Assembly (NCBI GenBank): GCA_964604825.1
Contig: CAZSAL010000004.1
Span: 11,400 to 75,399, forward strand
Direction of reading: 5' to 3'
Length of the DNA stretch: 64,000 bases
DNA from: an uncultured Elusimicrobia bacterium
Lineage (GTDB): Bacteria > Elusimicrobiota > Elusimicrobia > 2-01-FULL-59-12
Below the pieces are notes generated by a model. The model searched no databases and was not told where the DNA came from. It worked only from the letters and a program-made list of their open reading frames with translations. Shown here piece by piece: positions 9,261 through 19,475 of this stretch. Made by a program: the position numbers and the translations under genes. Numbering within the stretch: position 1 is the stretch's first letter; each line of letters opens with the position of its first letter.

Positions 9261-11626
9261 ATAATCGACTCGTATTGGCACTTTGGGGTTGTGTAATAAC
9301 GGGTTGTCTTATATTCGGCGCCGCACGAATGTGGCGAGGTTCGGCAGTGGATACAAGTATTCTGTCGCTTCTCCCTGCGTCCGAAGGAGATCCATTACTG
9401 ACCGAATCCAACGCTTTACTGTCCCAGCGAGCGAGTCATTTGATGGCGTTCGTCATTGGTCATCGTGATGCGATGCAAACGGTATCCTTGGGCCAGGTCC
9501 TCAATGACCAGCTGAGGCGATCGCCATTTGTGAAGGAAATAGTAACGGAGCTCTCTCCAGAAAAACAAAAGGCATTCTACGATCTCTATTTTCCCTTTCG
9601 TTATCAAATGCTCTCACCTGAAGATCGACAGCACCTGACAGAACCCCATCCCTTGAATTACTTTGTGTCTCGCCTAGTTGGCAGTCTTTATAGTCCGACC
9701 TCGTCCTTTTTCACGCGCATCATCCCTCAAGATCCTCTTCTGTTCTTCCCGGCCCTCGTCCGCTCGTGGATGGAAATTGTCGATCCACGTCACTCTGCGG
9801 TGTCTGGTAATGGGATTTCCTTTGTCGATACGGACGGTACGTCTTATGCATTTTCAGCGGTTGAGCTGGTGCTCGATCCCTTCGAATCTAAGAATCAAGA
9901 CCGCATGCTTACCTGGCTGAGAGATTTGAGACGTGACATCCTGACGAAATCACCAGAATCCCATTTCTATGTTTCAGGCGTGTTGCCTTTTGCAGCAGCA
10001 GAGAGACTGCGTACTGAACGCGAAATGACGATCGTAAGTCTCGGCTCCCTCTTTGGCGTCCTGTTGTTAACATTGGTGGTTTTCGAGTCCATTAGAGCGG
10101 TAATTCTAGCAGCGCTTCCACTTCTCGTCGGATTTATTGCGGCCGTTGCAGCAACATTATTGTGTTTTGGGCATATTCACATTATAACGTTCGCATTCGG
10201 ATCTTCGTTAATCGGCGTTGCCATTGATTATCCAGTGCTTTATCTGGCTTTTCACCGCACGGCGGGTCAAGTGTGGGATGCCGAATTCGCGCTTCGCCAA
10301 GCATTGCCCGGCCTGTTGCTAGGAGCCACCACCACGTTGTTGGGATACGCGGCGCTCAGTCTGGCTCCCTTCCCCGGTCTAAGGCAAATGGCGCTCTTTT
10401 CATCAGTCGGTCTTTGTGCCGCATTGATAACCGTCATATTGGTCTTTCCGATATTAGTGGCTCGACCATCGACATGCCAGGCTGAACCACGCATACTTAC
10501 CTTCGGCAAATCGATTCTTATCAGGACATCTGCTTGGTGGCAAAGCCGGAAGAAAAGCGCCGCGCTCGGTTTAATTACGCTTTCGATATTCATCATTTGG
10601 GGCCTCTCGAAGATTCGATTTGACGACGATATTCGTCTGTTGCAAAGCCCGTCCGAATCAATTGTTCAGGAAGATTCTTTCGTGAGGAAGGTCATGAAGG
10701 GATTTGGTGGCAATCAGTTTATTCTTATCCGCGCGAGCACATTGGAAGAGCTGCTTGAGCGACAAGAATTGTTGCAGGAAAAGGTAAATCCCTTGATACA
10801 GGGAGGTGTGATTTCTTCGATCCAATCCTTAGCGCCTTTTCTGCCAAGCGTAAAGCGACAGGTAGAGAATAGACAATTGCTCGACTCCGTCATCCTCTCT
10901 CAACCTGCGTCCATTCGCGAACAATTAAGTGGGGTGGGTCTGAGTGCGGACATCTCCAATCATTTATTAAAAGATCTGAGCCATCCTTTCAAACCCTTCA
11001 CTGTTGACCAGTGGCTCGCGAGCCCGGCGTCTCATTTATTGCGTTCATTATGGATTGGATCATCACAGCATGAATTCGCCTCCGCAGTCCTCATCAGCGG
11101 TCTGTCCGATCCCGGCCGTTTGAGGGCGTCTTTAAAAGATATGAAGGGGATAAAATATTTCGATCAAATAGAGGAATACTCGAATCTCTTTCGTCGCTAC
11201 CGGCATTTAAGCCTGCGACTGATCCTGGCTGCCTATTGCGGGGTCTGGGTACTCACGATTCTGCGGTATGGATTCAAACGCGGGACATGGGTAACCTTTC
11301 CTGCTGTCGCAGCAGTTCTATTCACATTCGCTCTCTATGGCTGGTGTGGTGTCCGAGTTCAATTGATTCATTGCCTGGCGGCCCTGTTAGTACTCTCTAT
11401 GGGCATTGATTACACAATCTATTTCGCTGAATGTGCCCGCGCGCGCCGGCCAGTTGACTCGACTCTCTTAGCTGTTGAAATGTGCGCCGTCTCGTCGCTC
11501 CTGTCGTTTGGCCTCTTGGCCTTATGTAAAACGCCGGTCTTATCGTCCATTGGCATGACGGTATTTTGTGGAATGCTGATCGCCTTTCTCTTATCACCGA
11601 TGCCATATTGGGAGTCCGTCCTGTGA
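9257..11626 (+). CDS. MMPL/RND-superfamily exporter (about 789 aa)
   Basis: Two blocks of about 6 TM helices separated by periplasmic domains. Confidence 0.7.
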   Translation: MNNRLVLALWGCVITGCLIFGAARMWRGSAVDTSILSLLPASEGDPLLTESNALLSQRASHLMAFVIGHRDAMQTVSLGQVLNDQLRRSPFVKEIVTELSPEKQKAFYDLYFPFRYQMLSPEDRQHLTEPHPLNYFVSRLVGSLYSPTSSFFTRIIPQDPLLFFPALVRSWMEIVDPRHSAVSGNGISFVDTDGTSYAFSAVELVLDPFESKNQDRMLTWLRDLRRDILTKSPESHFYVSGVLPFAAAERLRTEREMTIVSLGSLFGVLLLTLVVFESIRAVILAALPLLVGFIAAVAATLLCFGHIHIITFAFGSSLIGVAIDYPVLYLAFHRTAGQVWDAEFALRQALPGLLLGATTTLLGYAALSLAPFPGLRQMALFSSVGLCAALITVILVFPILVARPSTCQAEPRILTFGKSILIRTSAWWQSRKKSAALGLITLSIFIIWGLSKIRFDDDIRLLQSPSESIVQEDSFVRKVMKGFGGNQFILIRASTLEELLERQELLQEKVNPLIQGGVISSIQSLAPFLPSVKRQVENRQLLDSVILSQPASIREQLSGVGLSADISNHLLKDLSHPFKPFTVDQWLASPASHLLRSLWIGSSQHEFASAVLISGLSDPGRLRASLKDMKGIKYFDQIEEYSNLFRRYRHLSLRLILAAYCGVWVLTILRYGFKRGTWVTFPAVAAVLFTFALYGWCGVRVQLIHCLAALLVLSMGIDYTIYFAECARARRPVDSTLLAVEMCAVSSLLSFGLLALCKTPVLSSIGMTVFCGMLIAFLLSPMPYWESVL

Positions 11627-12819
11627 CGCGTTCTCCTATAGCCTTGACCGCATTAGGAATGGTCAATGCTCTCGGTCATGAGTCGCGCACAATCTGGAAG
11701 CGTCTCCTGGCTGGTGACCAATCGAAACTGACTTTGCAGCGCAATTATCTAAAAGACCGCACAGTTCGGGTTGGAAAAGTCGCCGGAAAGTGGCCGGAGT
11801 TTCCTCACTCTCTAAGGCGATACAAATGCCGTAACAATTCATTAGCCCTCATCGCCTTTGAAGAGATCGAAGCAGAAGTCCGCCTCGCTATCAAGAAATA
11901 CGGCCGCCAACGCATCGGCGTCGTTATGGGATCGAGTACTTCGGGAATGGCTGCCACCGAATCGGCTTTCGCGCATTGGCATTCTTCGGGAAAGCTCCCG
12001 CGCGCTTTTGACTATGTCCAGCATGAAATGGGGGGGCTTTCACAATTCCTATCTGCTCTTGCCGGAGTGAATGGCCCGGCCTATACACTTTCGACAGCCT
12101 GTTCATCCAGCGCAAAGGTGCTAGCCTCTGCCCGTGCGCTCATTTACCAGGGTTGGTGTGACGCGGTTCTTGTCGGCGGGACCGATTCCCTATGTCGATT
12201 AACGCTTCAGGGGTTCGCCTCGCTGGAGGCACTCTCTAATGAACCCTGCAACTCTATGAGCCGCAACCGGACCGGATTCAATATTGGAGAAGGCGCGGCA
12301 ATGTTTTTGATGGAACGCTCAGAGACGGGGGTGCGACTCCTTGGTGTCGGAGAATCCTCCGATGCATATCATATTTCCGCTCCAGATCCTGATGGTAAAG
12401 GTGCTTATACGGCGATGAAAGAGGCGCTGTCCGATGCAAGCCTAAAACCAGAGGATATCTCTTACATCCATCTTCACGGAACAGGAACAGCCTTGAACGA
12501 TCATATGGAAAGCCGCGCGGTGGCCCGGTTATTTCCAAAGGTACCCGCTAGCTCAAGCAAAGGAATGCTAGGCCACACATTGGGCGCCTCCGGCGCGATG
12601 GGAGTCGGTATCTGCTGGCTTGCTCTCACCCACTCGTGTCAAAATACGATTGCACTTCCGCCTCACCTTTGGGACGGCCAGCGTGATCGGAACCTGCCTC
12701 GTTTGGCATTGGTGAACGTTGGGCAAACAATCAAGGCGAAAAGCCAAGCCGCTTTAATGAGTAATTCATTCGGATTTGGCGGAAGCAACTGTTCTATTAT
12801 TATTCAGAGCCATTTTTAA
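11623..12819 (+). CDS. beta-ketoacyl-ACP synthase
   Basis: KS fold: STACSSS active-site Cys context, HLHGTGT, GHTLGASGA. GTG 11623 overlaps the MMPL stop (GTGA); the listed ATG 11566 would overlap by 60 nt. Confidence 0.75.
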   Translation: MTRSPIALTALGMVNALGHESRTIWKRLLAGDQSKLTLQRNYLKDRTVRVGKVAGKWPEFPHSLRRYKCRNNSLALIAFEEIEAEVRLAIKKYGRQRIGVVMGSSTSGMAATESAFAHWHSSGKLPRAFDYVQHEMGGLSQFLSALAGVNGPAYTLSTACSSSAKVLASARALIYQGWCDAVLVGGTDSLCRLTLQGFASLEALSNEPCNSMSRNRTGFNIGEGAAMFLMERSETGVRLLGVGESSDAYHISAPDPDGKGAYTAMKEALSDASLKPEDISYIHLHGTGTALNDHMESRAVARLFPKVPASSSKGMLGHTLGASGAMGVGICWLALTHSCQNTIALPPHLWDGQRDRNLPRLALVNVGQTIKAKSQAALMSNSFGFGGSNCSIIIQSHF

Positions 12820-12831
12820 TGTCGACACTAA

Positions 12832-13251
12832 TTGGAGGATTCTATGGTCAGGAAATTGTCGCTAATCATTGCCTTTGTCTTGTCTGGTTGTTCTGCGCAC
12901 AATCCTTTTATCGTATCGAATACGACTGATACTCAAGCCGTATCAACGACAAAATACCCTCCCCATACAAACAAAGTGTATGTAACTGAAAACAGCCTGC
13001 CCGCTTCTATGAAGTATGAGATTTTAGAGTCTATCGAGGTTGGGAAAGTCTGGTACGGCTCATCCGACAATGTAAAAAAGTCTATGGCGGATAGGGCGCG
13101 TGAGATTGGGGCTAATGCTGTTATTGAGATTAAGACCTGGCATCAGCCCTCAGGATTCTCATGGGCAGCGCCGCATGGGTCTGGGAAGGCCGTCAGAATG
13201 TCGCAGCCCGATTTCGAAACCCTTTCTAAACGGCAAGACGAGTGGTTTTGA
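12832..13251 (+). CDS. lipoprotein (lipobox LSGCS)
   Basis: Signal peptide ending FVLSGCSAH. Confidence 0.45.
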   Translation: MEDSMVRKLSLIIAFVLSGCSAHNPFIVSNTTDTQAVSTTKYPPHTNKVYVTENSLPASMKYEILESIEVGKVWYGSSDNVKKSMADRAREIGANAVIEIKTWHQPSGFSWAAPHGSGKAVRMSQPDFETLSKRQDEWF

Positions 13252-13276
13252 CGATTCATGCAAAGGGGGATGTACT

Positions 13277-13870
13277 ATGAAACACACCAGTAGAATTGCC
13301 ATCGCACTCCTGCTCGCTGGTTTTAGCGCTTGCGCCACCGTAAAGGCACGGCTCGAGAATATTCCGTTAATATGGAAACCGACTTCGGAAATCGACCTTC
13401 CTCCGGGTACGGTAGACACAATCGTTGGGACGAAAATAGAGTTCGACGTATTCAAGGACGTACGCCAGCAGCCGGAGATGATAGCCCAAAACCTCGAAGA
13501 CGCCGTTTCTAAGCCCGTCACGACGCGTGACAATGTTGGACAGTTTGTTAGAACGCATGTTCGCGAAGCCTTTTACAAGGCGGGCTTGAATACAGTGGAT
13601 AGCGATGGCGACGTTATCATCACGGGTGAAATTCGTCAGTTTTTCGTGGACGAAACGACGATTTATAAAGGGACTGTCCTGCTACGCCTAAACGTTCAAA
13701 ACCATGCTGGCGAAAAGTTATGGAGCGGCGTTGCTTCCGGGACTGCAAAGCGCTTTGGCCATTCCTATTCTGCAGAAAACTACTATGAAGTTCTTTCCGA
13801 TTCAGTGCTCAACGCAATATCTTCATTGTTGAGAGATGTGGAATTTCGGAAGGCTTTAGCGCAGAAATAG
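13277..13870 (+). CDS. lipoprotein (lipobox LAGFSAC)
   Basis: Start at MKHTS, preceded by a GGGGGA Shine-Dalgarno sequence. The listed 13100 start overlaps the previous gene and lacks an SD. Confidence 0.45.
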   Translation: MKHTSRIAIALLLAGFSACATVKARLENIPLIWKPTSEIDLPPGTVDTIVGTKIEFDVFKDVRQQPEMIAQNLEDAVSKPVTTRDNVGQFVRTHVREAFYKAGLNTVDSDGDVIITGEIRQFFVDETTIYKGTVLLRLNVQNHAGEKLWSGVASGTAKRFGHSYSAENYYEVLSDSVLNAISSLLRDVEFRKALAQK

Positions 13871-13913
13871 ATGAGAAAGGAACGGCATCCTTCATGACTG
13901 TGAGACATAGCTT

Positions 13914-14669
13914 TTGAAGTTTCGGGTCCTTCAATGGACGGCTTGGGCTCCTGGTGTAACGACTCAGCACGAATGGCTTAAATTCTTCGCCGATACCAGG
14001 CCGCCTCAATCCAGCGGCTCGCCCGATATGTCGGATATCCAGCCCATGCTTCGACGACGCATGAGCCGCCTCACTCGCATGTCAATAGTCGTGGCAGCCG
14101 ACTGTTGCCGCCAGGCTGGCATCTCCGTGAGCGACGTGCGGACGGTGTTCGCTTCGAGGCATGGGGAGATGCAAGTGACTGTCGAACTTCTCAAACAGAT
14201 GGTTGTCGGGTCAACCATATCGCCAATCGACTTTTCCGGTTCGGTTCATCATACGGCACTGGGTTATTTGAGTATTGCTTCGAAAAGCCTAGAACCTATG
14301 CGTGCCGTGGCAGGGGGAGAGGCCTCTTTTTGTTATGGATTTTTGGAAGCTTTAGGCATGTTAGCTGAAACAGACGGGTCTCCGGTTTTACTTATTGCCG
14401 CAGATGACATCGTGCCTGCGCCCTTTGATGACTTCGTGAGAAGGAGCAGTTTTCCTTATGCAGTCGCCTTTTTACTTTCCAGCGCTCGATCCCGACAGGG
14501 CAAATCTTTAACGTTTACTATTCCCTCCGGGTCGCTCAACCAAACGCAACGGAAAAGTGACTCAAAATGGCTGAATATTCCGGCCTTGGACTTTCTATAT
14601 TGGTACTTGAAAAGGAATAATCCTTTAGAATTACGCCTTTCGAAACGGAATTGGCGATGGGAAAAATGA
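13914..14669 (+). CDS. KS-like chain-length-factor / beta-ketoacyl synthase N-terminal-domain protein lacking the canonical active site
   Basis: KS N-terminal fold similarity (thiolase-like); short, about 251 aa. Confidence 0.5.
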   Translation: MKFRVLQWTAWAPGVTTQHEWLKFFADTRPPQSSGSPDMSDIQPMLRRRMSRLTRMSIVVAADCCRQAGISVSDVRTVFASRHGEMQVTVELLKQMVVGSTISPIDFSGSVHHTALGYLSIASKSLEPMRAVAGGEASFCYGFLEALGMLAETDGSPVLLIAADDIVPAPFDDFVRRSSFPYAVAFLLSSARSRQGKSLTFTIPSGSLNQTQRKSDSKWLNIPALDFLYWYLKRNNPLELRLSKRNWRWEK

Positions 14670-15124
14670 CTTTACCCGTATTGGTAGATGAAGTAGTGCC
14701 TCATAAGCGACCGATGTCCCTATTGCGACATGTCGTTGCGCATAATTCACATACCACTATCTGTGACGTACATATTGAAGCTAATTCCCTTTTCAACGAG
14801 AATGGCTGCGTCAGTTCCTGGGTAGGACTAGAATACATGGCCCAAGCGGTGGCAGCTCATGCCGGTATGAAATCGCGTCAACGAGGGGAGTCGCCAGAAA
14901 TCGGTTTTTGGCTCGGAACTCGTAGGGCGGATTTTTTTACGGACCGATATCGCCTGGGTCAGACCTTGCATATTGCCGTGCGACATATCTGGGGAGAAGG
15001 GGATTTGTTTTCATTCGACTGTTCAATCACTGATGCAGGCGATGGACGCCAATTGGCTGTAGCTCAACTAAACGTATTCCGCCCTTCAGAGGCGGAGCTT
15101 GTCCTTTCGAGGAGAACAAAATGA
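14651..15124 (+). CDS. hotdog-fold 3-hydroxyacyl-ACP dehydratase (FabZ/ApeP-like)
   Basis: About 157-aa hotdog-sized protein between the CLF-like KS and FabG, as in APE clusters. Confidence 0.5.
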   Translation: MAMGKMTLPVLVDEVVPHKRPMSLLRHVVAHNSHTTICDVHIEANSLFNENGCVSSWVGLEYMAQAVAAHAGMKSRQRGESPEIGFWLGTRRADFFTDRYRLGQTLHIAVRHIWGEGDLFSFDCSITDAGDGRQLAVAQLNVFRPSEAELVLSRRTK

Positions 15125-15846
15125 AACGCAGAGTCCTTGTGACAGGGGCGAGCGGTGGCATTGGTTGCGCCATTGCTCGGACATTGGCCGATGCTGGGTT
15201 CCATTTGACGCTCCACTATCGTCGCGACCGGCAGTCGGCGGAAAATACGGCGATGGCGATTCGAAAAAACGGGGGACGTCCAAGACTGATACATTTTGAT
15301 GTGACCGATCGAAACGCAAGCCGACATGCTCTTGAACAAGAGATAAAGAAGCATGGCGCATTCTGGGGCGTGGTTTGTAGTACAGGAGTGATCGCCGACG
15401 GCCCATTCCCAGCGATGACCGGATCTGATTGGGATCGAGTCATTCGGACTAATCTTGACGCTTTTTACAATATCCTATCCCCTCTGACTATGCCCATGAT
15501 CCATCTGAAGGATGGCGGGCGTATCGTCACTTTGTCCTCCTTGTCAGGCTTGGCGGGGAATCGCGGGCAGGTTAACTACAGTGCGGCAGAAGCTGGCATC
15601 ATCGGTGCAACGAAAGCTCTTTCCAAAGAACTCGCCAAGCGCCAAATCACCGTCAATAGCGTGGCTCCTGGTTTGATTGAAACTGATTTGATCACACCGG
15701 AGATACGCGAGCAGGTTCTACCGAACATTCCGATGCATCGACTAGGACATCCACAAGAAGTGGCGGCGACCGTGGCATTTCTATTTTCTGAAGGCGCGGG
15801 ATACATAACGGGCCAGGTTCTGTCCGTAAATGGGGGCATCCTGTGA
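15121..15846 (+). CDS. fabG: 3-oxoacyl-ACP reductase (SDR family)
   Basis: TGASGGIGCAIA Rossmann motif; SDR catalytic region YSAAEAGIIGATKAL (YxxxK). Confidence 0.85.
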   Translation: MKRRVLVTGASGGIGCAIARTLADAGFHLTLHYRRDRQSAENTAMAIRKNGGRPRLIHFDVTDRNASRHALEQEIKKHGAFWGVVCSTGVIADGPFPAMTGSDWDRVIRTNLDAFYNILSPLTMPMIHLKDGGRIVTLSSLSGLAGNRGQVNYSAAEAGIIGATKALSKELAKRQITVNSVAPGLIETDLITPEIREQVLPNIPMHRLGHPQEVAATVAFLFSEGAGYITGQVLSVNGGIL

Positions 15847-17090
15847 AACGTCGGGTTGTTGTGACGGGAATGGCCGGGATTTCTCCCATTGGATCTGATT
15901 GGCCCACAGTGCGGAAACATCTGAGAGAGGGCATTTCGGGTGTTTCCTCGATGCCGGAGTGGGTAGGTTGTAAGGGCCTTCAAAGTCATCTAGTCGCAAA
16001 GGCCAAATTCGAGATTCCGCAAGAATGGCATAGAAAACAGATCCGCACAATGGGGCGCGTTGCGCTCATGGCGACTTATACAGCACAGGAAGCCCTTCGC
16101 CAAGCACGGCTACTGGATCATCCCTCACTAACTGACGGATCATGTGGAGTATCATACGGCTCCACAGAAGGTTCGCCGCCTGCAGTCGAAGAATACTTTC
16201 GCAGTCTCGCTATCAAGCGAAGCTTAAAAGGACTCTCACCGTACACCTATATACAGCTGATGAGCCACACATGCGCAGCAAATCTCAGTCAATTTTTCAA
16301 AATTAAGGGCCGTATCATCCCGACTTGTTCCGCGTGTACATCGGGGAGTCAGGGTATAGGGTACGCCTATGAAGCCATTAAAAACGGATATCAACGTGTC
16401 ATGGTCGGCGGGGGCGCCGAAGAACTACACCTGGCTGCAACCGTTGTCTTTGATGTTATGTTCGCGACTTCTACACAAAATCAAAAGCCTACGTCAACGC
16501 CCAGACCATTTGATAAACACCGAGACGGCCTCGTTATCGGTGAAGGGGCTGGAACATTGATTGTGGAAGACTTGGTTCACGCGAGAACCAGAGGCGCTAC
16601 CATTTATGCCGAGTTGGTAGGCTTTGGTACTAATAGCGATGGTGCTCATATTGTAAATCCCAGCATCGACGGTATGGAAGCCGCCATGCGACTTGCGCTT
16701 GACGACGCAAAGCTCCGACCCTCAGGCATCGGGTATGTCAACGCCCACGGCACTGCAACGGAGTTGGGTGATATTGCTGAAACTCAGGCGACTGCTCGAA
16801 TCTTCGGTAAACATATGCCCATTAGCTCTCTGAAGAGCTATATGGGTCATACCCTCGGAGCCTGCGGCGCTTTGGAGGCTTGGATGTCTATCGAGATGAT
16901 GCGAGAAGGATGGTTTGCTCCAACCCTTAATTTACGTGACGTCGACAAGCGTTGTGGCCGTTTGGACTACATTCGAAAGAAGCCTCGGGAGCTAAAAGTG
17001 GACTATGTGATGTCGAATAATTTTGCCTTCGGCGGCGTGAACACTTCACTCATCTTCAGGCGCTGGTCGGGTTCCGGTGGATTACACTGA
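15843..17090 (+). CDS. beta-ketoacyl-ACP synthase I/II (FabB/FabF-like)
   Basis: CSACTSGSQ active-site Cys, HGTATELGD and GHTLGACGA His motifs. Confidence 0.85.
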   Translation: MKRRVVVTGMAGISPIGSDWPTVRKHLREGISGVSSMPEWVGCKGLQSHLVAKAKFEIPQEWHRKQIRTMGRVALMATYTAQEALRQARLLDHPSLTDGSCGVSYGSTEGSPPAVEEYFRSLAIKRSLKGLSPYTYIQLMSHTCAANLSQFFKIKGRIIPTCSACTSGSQGIGYAYEAIKNGYQRVMVGGGAEELHLAATVVFDVMFATSTQNQKPTSTPRPFDKHRDGLVIGEGAGTLIVEDLVHARTRGATIYAELVGFGTNSDGAHIVNPSIDGMEAAMRLALDDAKLRPSGIGYVNAHGTATELGDIAETQATARIFGKHMPISSLKSYMGHTLGACGALEAWMSIEMMREGWFAPTLNLRDVDKRCGRLDYIRKKPRELKVDYVMSNNFAFGGVNTSLIFRRWSGSGGLH

Positions 17091-17101
17091 TTGCCAGAGG
17101 C

Positions 17102-17728
17102 TTGACCGCCGTATTTGCCCTTCACCTCCTGACCGCCGCAGCGATGGCCGCGACCGTGGAACTGATGCCGATGGTCGGATTCCAAGTTAACGGATCGAAG
17201 GATTTGGTAGGCCCGCGCAATGACCGAATGGACCTCAAAAACGTTGCTTTACGAGGAGTCTCAATCGGATATATGAACAAAGATAATGGAGAACTTGAAT
17301 TTTCCTGGACACGAGCGAACAGCTCAGCGCAAATTCAACGATCCGGCGGCTTCCCTTCGGACCAATTTGATGTGAAAATCGACCAATTTCACCTCAATGC
17401 TCTTTACATGTTTAGTGATGATGCCGTACAGCCCTTCATACTGATTGGCGCAGGGGCCACACACCTGGCGCCGGTAACAGACCGCTCACCGACGACCCTA
17501 TTTTCGATGGCACTTGGTGGCGGTGTGAAATGGCTTTGGAACGATTACATTGGCCTCCGGCTGGACGGCAGATGGACTCCAGCCCTTTCACCTCAGGGCA
17601 CGCATTTCTTCTGCGATAACACCGGAGACACGGGATGTTACAGCACGCAAGCCAATTCCTACGCCAGCCATGTTGTCCCCGCACTGCAAAGCTTTGAATT
17701 CACCAGCGGATTGCTCTTAAGGTATTAA
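17102..17728 (+). CDS. outer-membrane beta-barrel protein (OmpW/OmpA-like)
   Basis: Signal peptide, alternating amphipathic strands, C-terminal aromatic residue. Confidence 0.4.
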   Translation: MTAVFALHLLTAAAMAATVELMPMVGFQVNGSKDLVGPRNDRMDLKNVALRGVSIGYMNKDNGELEFSWTRANSSAQIQRSGGFPSDQFDVKIDQFHLNALYMFSDDAVQPFILIGAGATHLAPVTDRSPTTLFSMALGGGVKWLWNDYIGLRLDGRWTPALSPQGTHFFCDNTGDTGCYSTQANSYASHVVPALQSFEFTSGLLLRY

Positions 17729-18960
17729 TCTTTCTGCATTCGAACATGATCCGCGAGCGTCTTAACCGCACGCGCATGCTGTTTAACAAATGGATTAGTG
17801 TCATCCCAGACATATCCCGCCAGTACTGAGCAAATCTGCTTTTTGATTTTCGGGTCTTGTACCTTGGAGAAAAAGATCTCCTGCAAATCCCCGTTATACC
17901 AGCCGGTTACATAGGTCCGGAAAGTATTGATTCCACGCATCATGTAGTCAACATACTCCTTTTGGAAATCGACCTCTCCGCCCTTCAATTTACGCGAAAC
18001 TAACTTTGCCGCCACCGATCCTGACTCCATGGCGAAGGTGACTCCCGAAGAGAACACGGGATCAAGGAATTCCGTCGCATTTCCAACCGTCACATAGCCC
18101 TTATCAAAGAATTTAGTTGATGTAATGGCGTAGCCTTCGATTGTGCGGGGCTCAATGACCATTTCTTGGTCAATAAATCGATCACGTAAGTAACGGGAGT
18201 CCCTAATCAACGCTCGCATGCGATCCGAATTCCCGGAAGGGTACGTTTGAAAAAACTCAGGGCTCCCCACGTAACCAACGGAGGTATTTCCGTTTGAAAA
18301 GGGAATAATCCAAATCCAGACATCGCGCTTATGAACTACGACCGTGATCCTGTTTCCTCCAACACCTTCAGGCCGATGACTGTCTTTCATGTGCGTAAAA
18401 TGTGTTTTTCGAGGATCGAAGCTGGATCGCTTATTTAGACCCAGCATGGTTGGAACGACCCGTCCATATCCACTCGCGTCAATCACGTAGCGAGCACTGA
18501 TTTGCTTCCTGTGCCCGTTTGCATCTCGCAAAGTCGTTACAGACGGCTCATCATCATTGAATTGTATCGAGACGACTTCCATTTCGAATTCTATTTGAAC
18601 GCCTTTCCTGACCACTTCTTCTGCCAAGATCTGGTCAAAGTCAGCACGGGGTACTTGCCACGTCCATGACCAACCTTTCGTGAATTGTTCGGAGAAATTA
18701 AAGTCACAGGCTTTATCATCCATGAAGAATTGGGCACCATACTTCTTCTGAAACCCAGCCTTTTTGACGGCTTCTAGAAGCCCGGTCTCGTCCAAGTGGT
18801 CCATGACCCTCGGCAGGAGGCTCTCGCCTATTACAAATCGTGGGAATTTAGCCTTTTCGATAACCCGCACGTTAAGTCCGCTTTGATGAACGATAGAGGC
18901 AGCGATGCATCCGGCAGGCCCCGCTCCAATTACTAATACCTCTGTCTTTTCAATATCCAT
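17725..18960 (-). CDS. flavin-dependent halogenase
   Basis: N-terminal GAGPAG FAD motif and the WxWxIP signature (VWIWIIP) of flavin-dependent halogenases. Convergent with the cluster. Confidence 0.75.
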   Translation of the reverse strand: MDIEKTEVLVIGAGPAGCIAASIVHQSGLNVRVIEKAKFPRFVIGESLLPRVMDHLDETGLLEAVKKAGFQKKYGAQFFMDDKACDFNFSEQFTKGWSWTWQVPRADFDQILAEEVVRKGVQIEFEMEVVSIQFNDDEPSVTTLRDANGHRKQISARYVIDASGYGRVVPTMLGLNKRSSFDPRKTHFTHMKDSHRPEGVGGNRITVVVHKRDVWIWIIPFSNGNTSVGYVGSPEFFQTYPSGNSDRMRALIRDSRYLRDRFIDQEMVIEPRTIEGYAITSTKFFDKGYVTVGNATEFLDPVFSSGVTFAMESGSVAAKLVSRKLKGGEVDFQKEYVDYMMRGINTFRTYVTGWYNGDLQEIFFSKVQDPKIKKQICSVLAGYVWDDTNPFVKQHARAVKTLADHVRMQKD

Positions 18961-19475
18961 TCGCTCTTTGCATTTTATAAGAGCTGGAAAAGAAATTCTG
19001 AAAATACGTGCATATTATGTTGGCCGAATTAAGGGGATCTTCCTTCCGTATGGCTAGGCCTTTGAGTGAATCCTCCACAAATGAGTATTACATCTTATCT
19101 TGTCAGTGCAGAGGTACAATGATTAAGCCCACCTGAAATCAGACTTCGCAGTATAAGGATCGCGTGAATAAATTCGACAAGGACACCGGATGGACCCAGA
19201 CCAAGGCCATGTCGGCTTGTGGTTGTGGTCACAGGGAGAAGAGCCATCGACCCATCAGCCGGAAATGCAGTTTGTGCGACTGCCAGCAATTCAAGCCCGC
19301 TCAAAAATCGAAAACACATGACCCACGATAGTGTCGCATGGACGGTTCAGCCAGTGTTAACAAGCGCCGTAAAACCGAACCCGTAATTCATCCTATACGG
19401 GTGTATAATCTGGGCTAAATGTGGCTGTTCATCACGATTTATTCTGAGTCGAACAATTCATAAGGTCGAGACAAA

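Larger units (their letters stand above)
1..18960. other. aryl-polyene / flexirubin-type lipid pigment biosynthetic gene cluster with tailoring halogenase
   Basis: Co-linear set: 2 ACP, 3 KS plus a CLF-like KS, FabG, hotdog dehydratases, TAL-type ammonia-lyase, AMP-ligase, thioesterase, acyltransferases, GT2, LolA-like, MMPL and a halogenase. Long run of ATGA/GTGA start-stop overlaps. Confidence 0.75.

Noticed and set aside
18961-19475. tRNA or att site at the junction between the APE cluster and rmuC / island
   Set aside because: No cloverleaf-compatible sequence or GGTTCGA-type T-arm recognised in this or the other intergenic regions examined (31556-31886, 33244-33450, 45000-45760, 50122-50292, 54984-55275). 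Only a weak TGTATAAT-type promoter candidate near 19405-19420 before rmuC.
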